Shown: positions 59,712 through 64,000 of the stretch, one piece after another
How the letters are laid out: every line of letters starts with the position of its first letter
How positions within the stretch are numbered: the first letter of the stretch is position 1
NCBI GenBank assembly: GCA_002423025.1
Contig: DIUN01000006.1
Location: 6,903 to 70,902, forward strand
Origin: Sphingomonadales bacterium UBA6157
Lineage (GTDB): Bacteria > Pseudomonadota > Alphaproteobacteria > Sphingomonadales > Sphingomonadaceae
Direction: 5' to 3'
Length of the DNA: 64,000 nucleotides
Notes under the pieces: generated by a model
Databases searched by the model: none
Told to the model about the DNA's origin: nothing
What the model saw: only the letters and a program-made list of their open reading frames with translations
Translations under genes and position numbers: made by a program

Positions 59712-60257
59712 TCAGGCCCAGCAAATACCGTCATTCGAGGCGGTGAGGCTTACGCCAGCGCGTGTCGCCGCCCGGACGAGCATTGCGGCGACGGCGCTGC
59801 GGCTGTCCGTGGCGGGTTCGCCAGCCAGGGCAGCTGCCACGGTCTCCGAGAATGGCGCTGGAGTCGCCCAATGGACATGGGCGACGCCAATGCCGAGCGC
59901 CTCGCCTCGCCGCACGTCTGCAAGCAAAAGCGCAGCGCCGGTGATGACTGCGGCGCGCGCGCCATCGGCCTCGGCCAGCGGTGTGACGAAGCTGATGCTG
60001 GTGCCTTCCAGGCCGCTTGTCAGCAAGGCTTGCAGCGAAGGCCCACTCATCGGCGCCTCCCCGGGAGCCAGCGCGGCGCGGATCAGGCGCAGCCGGGCGG
60101 CGAGCCGGCGGGCGGCAGCGGCGATCAGGCCGTTGATTTCGGCATCGGCGCTGGTGTCCGAGAGCAGCTCGCTCGCGGTCATCATGGTGGCGATGGGCGT
60201 CGCGAGATCATGCGTCAGCCAGCGGACCAGCAGGGGCGGCAACGTATCGTGGCTCAT
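59712..60257 (-). CDS. Histidine phosphotransferase family protein (ChpT-like)
   Basis: LVRWLTHDLATPIATMMTASELL resembles the phospho-His helix of the ChpT/HPTransfase family. 181 aa, with no ATP-binding boxes. Confidence 0.65.
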   Translation of the reverse strand: MSHDTLPPLLVRWLTHDLATPIATMMTASELLSDTSADAEINGLIAAAARRLAARLRLIRAALAPGEAPMSGPSLQALLTSGLEGTSISFVTPLAEADGARAAVITGAALLLADVRRGEALGIGVAHVHWATPAPFSETVAAALAGEPATDSRSAVAAMLVRAATRAGVSLTASNDGICWA

Positions 60258-60487
60258 TCGGGCTCGCTGTTTGAGGGAATGCTATCGGCGCGCAGGCCAT
60301 GGGCGATCAGCCGGCCATCGCCGCTCTGGGACAGCTCGAACTCCAGCCGCTGGCCGGGCTTGAGCGTTTCCAGCCGGGCGGCCATCAGAGCCGAAACATG
60401 GACGAAGACATCGCGGGGCCCATGATCGGGTGCGATGAAGCCAAAGCCCTTGCGGGCGTCATACCATTTGACTACGCCGGTCGCCAT
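60254..60487 (-). CDS. Cold-shock domain protein (CspA family)
   Basis: RNP1 KGFGFI and RNP2 VFVHV. ATG at 60487 shares one base with the upstream stop. ATGA overlap with the ChpT-like gene. Confidence 0.85.
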   Translation of the reverse strand: MATGVVKWYDARKGFGFIAPDHGPRDVFVHVSALMAARLETLKPGQRLEFELSQSGDGRLIAHGLRADSIPSNSEPE

Positions 60488-60897
60488 CAACCGGCCTCCA
60501 GAGCCACGGGGGTGAAACGGCCTTGTACACGGCCGTTTGCCACCGCCCGCCAGCCATGCACTGCTCCGCCGGCTATGATCAGCCAGAGCTGGCCGTTCTC
60601 GCTGGCGCGGGCGGCATCGCGGCGGGATGGCTCGGGACTGGCGTCGGGGTGCGAATGATAGTGGCCGATGATTTCCAGCCCCTCACCACGCGCGGCGCGA
60701 TGCTGGCTGAGCAGCGTCGACGGGTCGATCTCGAAGCTGGTTTCGGGATGTGTCGCAACGTTGCGGGCAGGTACTGCGCTGTCGATGGAAAGGGGCTCGC
60801 GGCGGCCAAGCAGCAGTCCACACGCCTCGCGCGGCACCTCGCTTGCCGCATGGGCAAGAAGTTGTTCCGCAACGCCGCTTGCAATCTTCGCGATCAT
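60487..60897 (-). CDS. JAMM/MPN+ (Mov34/M67) metallopeptidase family protein
   Basis: EACGLLLG plus HYHSHPDASPEPSRRD, which matches the HxHx7Sx2D JAMM motif. Start at internal MIAKIASG (60897) within the artefactual 389-aa ORF. Confidence 0.8.
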   Translation of the reverse strand: MIAKIASGVAEQLLAHAASEVPREACGLLLGRREPLSIDSAVPARNVATHPETSFEIDPSTLLSQHRAARGEGLEIIGHYHSHPDASPEPSRRDAARASENGQLWLIIAGGAVHGWRAVANGRVQGRFTPVALEAG

Positions 60898-60915
60898 ACC
60901 GACATCGGCTAAGCG

Positions 60916-61878
60916 ATGGGGGCAGAAAAGTCGATTGATCTTGTGCTGGCAGCGGATGCTGCGGGCTGGCGGCTGGACCGGGCGCTGGCGGCTGCCTTGC
61001 CGCAGCACAGCCGCGAGCGGCTGAAAGCGCTGGTGAGCAGCGGCCAGGTTTCCGGTGCCGCCGGCCAGTTGTTGCGGGATCCCGCACAGAAGATGAAGGG
61101 TGGCGAGGCGCTTACGGTGGTGATCCCCGAGGCTCGCCCATCCGAGACGCAGGCGCAGGATATCCCGCTGACCATTGTTTATGAGGATGAGGCGCTGCTG
61201 GTTGTCGACAAGCCGGCGGGGCTGGTGGTGCATCCGGCAGCGGGCAATCTTGATGGCACCATGGTCAATGCTCTGCTGCACCATTGCGCCGGGCGTCTGT
61301 CCGGCATCGGCGGGGTGGCGCGGCCCGGCATCGTCCACCGCATCGATAAGGACACTTCGGGCCTTCTGGTGGTCGCCAAGACCGATACGGCGCATGAGTT
61401 CCTTTCCCGCCAGTTCTCCGCTCACACCGTGGACCGCCGCTATACTGCGGTTGTGCAAGGCCTGCCCGTACCGCCGGCTGGCCGGATCGAGGGGTCTCTC
61501 GCCCGTTCCAGCGCTAACCGCCAGAAGATGGCGATCGTGCCGGAAGGGCGAGGCAAACGAGCCGTGACGCATTACCGCACCGTGCAGGCACTGCGCAGCG
61601 CCGCGCAGATCGAGTGTCGATTGGAGACGGGGCGTACGCATCAGATCCGCGTTCACATGGCATCAATCGGTCACGCGCTACTTGGTGATGCTGCTTATGG
61701 TAGAACACCGGGGAGCCTTGCGGGCGTGTTATCCGAACTGGCTTTCCAGCGGCAGGCGCTTCACGCTGCCACGCTGGGGTTTGTGCATCCGCTCACCCAA
61801 GAAAAACTTTCATTCCAATCGGCGCTTCCGGCCGATATAGTGGAGTTAATCGGTCGCCTTTTGGGGGCCGCAGAGTAA
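60916..61878 (+). CDS. rluD: RluA/RluD-family 23S rRNA pseudouridine synthase
   Basis: S4-like N-terminus, catalytic HRIDKDTSGLLVVAK, and TGRTHQIRVH. Confidence 0.9.
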   Translation: MGAEKSIDLVLAADAAGWRLDRALAAALPQHSRERLKALVSSGQVSGAAGQLLRDPAQKMKGGEALTVVIPEARPSETQAQDIPLTIVYEDEALLVVDKPAGLVVHPAAGNLDGTMVNALLHHCAGRLSGIGGVARPGIVHRIDKDTSGLLVVAKTDTAHEFLSRQFSAHTVDRRYTAVVQGLPVPPAGRIEGSLARSSANRQKMAIVPEGRGKRAVTHYRTVQALRSAAQIECRLETGRTHQIRVHMASIGHALLGDAAYGRTPGSLAGVLSELAFQRQALHAATLGFVHPLTQEKLSFQSALPADIVELIGRLLGAAE

Positions 61879-61887
61879 GGAGTTCTC

Positions 61888-62796
61888 ATGGCCAATGTTC
61901 CCGCGGTAAAGACGAGCATTCCGGCGCTTGGTGGCGAGGCCGGGCTCAACCGCTATCTTTCCGAAATCCGCAAGTTTCCGCTGCTTGCCCCCGAGCAGGA
62001 ATATATGCTCGCCAAGCGCTGGGAGGAGCATCAGGACCCTGAGGCTGCCGCCAAATTGGTGACGAGCCATCTGCGTCTCGTCGCCAAGATTGCGATGGGC
62101 TATCGTGGCTATGGCCTGCCGGTGGCTGAGTTGATTGCCGAGGGCAACATCGGTCTGATTCAGGGCGTCAAGAAGTTCGATGCCGAAAAGGGCTTCCGGC
62201 TTGCCACCTATGCGATGTGGTGGATCCGTGCCTCGATCCAGGAGTATATTCTGCGCTCGTGGAGCCTGGTGAAAATCGGCACCACGGCGGCGCAGAAGAA
62301 GCTGTTCTTCAACCTGCGCCGGCTCAAGGGCAAGCTCGGCGCCATGGAAGATGGTGACCTGCGCGGCGAGGCTCTCTCCAAGATTGCGACCACGCTGGGC
62401 GTGACCGAGGATGAAGTGACCTCGATGAATCGCCGCATGGCGATGGGCGGAGACACCAGCCTAAATGCTCCTTTGCGTGAGGAAGGCGAGGGCGAGTGGC
62501 AGGATTGGCTGGCCGATACAGGCCCGCTGCAGGACGAGATTGTGGCCGATGAGCAGGAGCGTGACCAGCGTCACGCGCTGCTCACTGCTGCAATGGAGGA
62601 ACTCAACGAGCGCGAGCGGCACATCCTCACCCAGCGCAGGCTGGTCGATGAGCCGGAGACGCTCGAGGAGCTTTCACAAGCCTATGGCATCAGCCGTGAG
62701 CGCGTCCGCCAGATCGAAGTCCGGGCCTTCGAGAAGCTCTCCAAGGCCATGCACACGCTGGCAATTGAAAAGCGGCTGCTTCCTGAGCTCGCATGA
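61888..62796 (+). CDS. rpoH: RNA polymerase sigma-32 (heat shock)
   Basis: RpoB-box-like QKKLFFNLRRLKG (the RpoH box), region 2 LIQGVKKFD...YAMWWIRASI, and region 4 GISRERVRQIE. Confidence 0.95.
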   Translation: MANVPAVKTSIPALGGEAGLNRYLSEIRKFPLLAPEQEYMLAKRWEEHQDPEAAAKLVTSHLRLVAKIAMGYRGYGLPVAELIAEGNIGLIQGVKKFDAEKGFRLATYAMWWIRASIQEYILRSWSLVKIGTTAAQKKLFFNLRRLKGKLGAMEDGDLRGEALSKIATTLGVTEDEVTSMNRRMAMGGDTSLNAPLREEGEGEWQDWLADTGPLQDEIVADEQERDQRHALLTAAMEELNERERHILTQRRLVDEPETLEELSQAYGISRERVRQIEVRAFEKLSKAMHTLAIEKRLLPELA

Positions 62797-62819
62797 AATA
62801 ACAATTGATTGCAATGTTA

Positions 62820-62855
62820 GGCCGGAGATCCCTGATCTCCGGCCATTCTTTTGTT
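62820..62855 (+). terminator. Intrinsic terminator of rpoH
   Basis: 11-bp perfect stem GGCCGGAGATC / GATCTCCGGCC with a 3-nt loop, followed by ATTCTTTTGTT. Confidence 0.85.
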
Positions 62856-62958
62856 AAATGTCCAATTTGTCATGGAAATATCATATCCGGGCAATTGTTT
62901 CTTTACGATCGAATGCCATGGTGCATCGCAACGTAAGTGTTGCTGAGGCGGCCCGGAT

Positions 62959-63228
62959 ATGACGACTTTTATTGCATTGCGATCTGCACTTCTTTTGGCC
63001 GGCACGATGGTGCTCACGGCCGCCGTGCCAGCGAATGCGGTTGTAGTGATGCAGGATTCCGCATTCGTCGCACCATCGCTTGGCAAGCCCCGTCCGGCTC
63101 GCATCCAACGTGCCCAACCGTCGCTGGTTGAGACTGTCGGCACCGCAGAGAATGCCAGCATCCTGCTGCTTGGCCTGGGAATTGTCGGGCTGTTGTCCCG
63201 CCGTCGGCGTGGCGGCGTTACTGACTGA
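62959..63228 (+). CDS. Small secreted protein with a PEP-CTERM-like C-terminal sorting tail
   Basis: Signal peptide ending AVPANA. C-terminus TAENASILLLGLGIVGLLSRRRRGG (short motif, TM helix, Arg cluster). Lower GC3 than its neighbours. Confidence 0.5.
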   Translation: MTTFIALRSALLLAGTMVLTAAVPANAVVVMQDSAFVAPSLGKPRPARIQRAQPSLVETVGTAENASILLLGLGIVGLLSRRRRGGVTD

Positions 63229-63334
63229 GCGCCGCGCTGGCCGATTGCATGGTTCCGATGCCTCTGGTCGCGCAAACTGATTGACCTTTAGCCCTCAAGG
63301 CCCGCTATTGGCAGCATCCAGTGCAAGGGTTCCG

Positions 63335-64000
63335 GTGCCGCCTTCCCGCTCTTCCTTCGGTTCATCGCGTCGCAGTCTTTCAGGGCAGCTTGGTCGTTTT
63401 CTCATACGACTGGTGTTGCTGTTCGTGGCAGCAAGCGTTGGCTGGGTGCTGGTTTATCGCTTCGTGCCGGTGCCGCTCACCTGGCCCATGGGACGCGATG
63501 CAATCAATGGCCGTCACCTTGAGCGGGATTGGGAGCCACTGGCAAACATGGCCCCAGCCATGGCCCGCTCTGTCATTGCAGCAGAGGACTCGCGCTTCTG
63601 CAGCCACAGTGGATTTGATCTTGAAGCCATGGAGGCAGCCGTGCTGCGAAATGCCGAGGGTGGGCGGCTGCGCGGCGGTTCCACTATCTCGCAGCAGACA
63701 GCCAAGAACGCCTTCTTGTGGCCAGGGCGTTCCTATGTGCGCAAGGTGCTGGAAGCCTGGTTCACGGTACTCATTGAGCTGCTGTGGGATAAACCCCGGA
63801 TCATGGAAGTTTATCTCAACATCGCCGAGATGGGGCCGGGCGTGTACGGTGCCGAGGCCGCGGCGCGGCACTATTTCAACGTCTCGGCTTCAAAGCTCAG
63901 CAACAGCCAGGCAGCGCGTATCGCCGCTATTCTGCCGCAGCCGGTCAAGCGCAAGGCTGCGGCGCCCGGTCCGTTCGTGCGTCGTTACGCTCGCAATATC
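63335..64000 (+). CDS. mtgA: Monofunctional biosynthetic peptidoglycan transglycosylase, 3' end beyond the window (start uncertain: GTG 63335, TTG 63308 or TTG 63281)
   Basis: Not in the ORF track (no stop in the window). Hand translation gives a TM anchor LIRLVLLFVAASVGWVLV, then AAEDSRFCSHSGFD, RGGSTISQQTAKN and EVYLNIAEMGPGVYGAEAAARHYF. Confidence 0.85.
   Translation, partial: MPPSRSSFGSSRRSLSGQLGRFLIRLVLLFVAASVGWVLVYRFVPVPLTWPMGRDAINGRHLERDWEPLANMAPAMARSVIAAEDSRFCSHSGFDLEAMEAAVLRNAEGGRLRGGSTISQQTAKNAFLWPGRSYVRKVLEAWFTVLIELLWDKPRIMEVYLNIAEMGPGVYGAEAAARHYFNVSASKLSNSQAARIAAILPQPVKRKAAAPGPFVRRYARNI

Noticed and set aside
62856-62958. A search for a sigma-54 promoter (TGGCAC-N5-TTGC) upstream of the PEP-CTERM-like ORF that would link it to PrsR.
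   Set aside because: The only TGG..TTGC-like strings (TGGTGCATCGCAACG, GTGTTGCT) have wrong spacing or lack the GG/GC dinucleotides at -24/-12.

Overview
This is a GC-rich, gene-dense chromosomal segment. Its synteny and marker genes point to an alphaproteobacterium, possibly Sphingomonadales-like. The markers are a split F0 ATP synthase operon with b and b' subunits, DUF1285-Nudix-CCA, Bpt, a ChpT-like phosphotransferase and RpoH. This taxon call is an inference; no database search was possible.

About 70 CDS are supportable, and most are housekeeping genes: smc, atpIBE/b'/b, cca, parC, recO-era-rnc, pgi, ilvA, rpsI-rplM, ctaA, dxs, argC, hemB, murI, rpiB-glyA-nrdR, rluD, rpoH and mtgA. There is one tRNA-Pro(GGG). 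I saw no rRNA, CRISPR array, transposase or integrase.

The long Arg/Pro/Gly-rich ORFs that lie antisense to real genes are GC-rich shadow frames and were not called. Several ORF-track starts were trimmed to internal starts where the N-terminal extension overlaps a neighbouring gene.

The accessory or unusual content is:
1. An orphan phage-type lysis cassette packed between tRNA-Pro and core genes, with no other phage genes in the window. It encodes a GH108-like endolysin, a holin-like protein and an Rz-like spanin with a nested out-of-frame lipoprotein.
2. A PrsK/PrsR (PEP-CTERM system) regulator pair without an exosortase locus, plus a small PEP-CTERM-like secreted protein 15 kb away.
3. A translationally coupled JAMM/MPN - cold-shock - ChpT-like gene triplet.
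4. An SPFH/RHH unit with a palindrome over an extended -10, preceded by two tiny membrane-protein ORFs.
5. A MerC-like/Zur metal module.
6. Two low-complexity exported proteins.

All functional calls rest on motif and family recognition by eye. None of the unusual items can be shown to be new from sequence alone.
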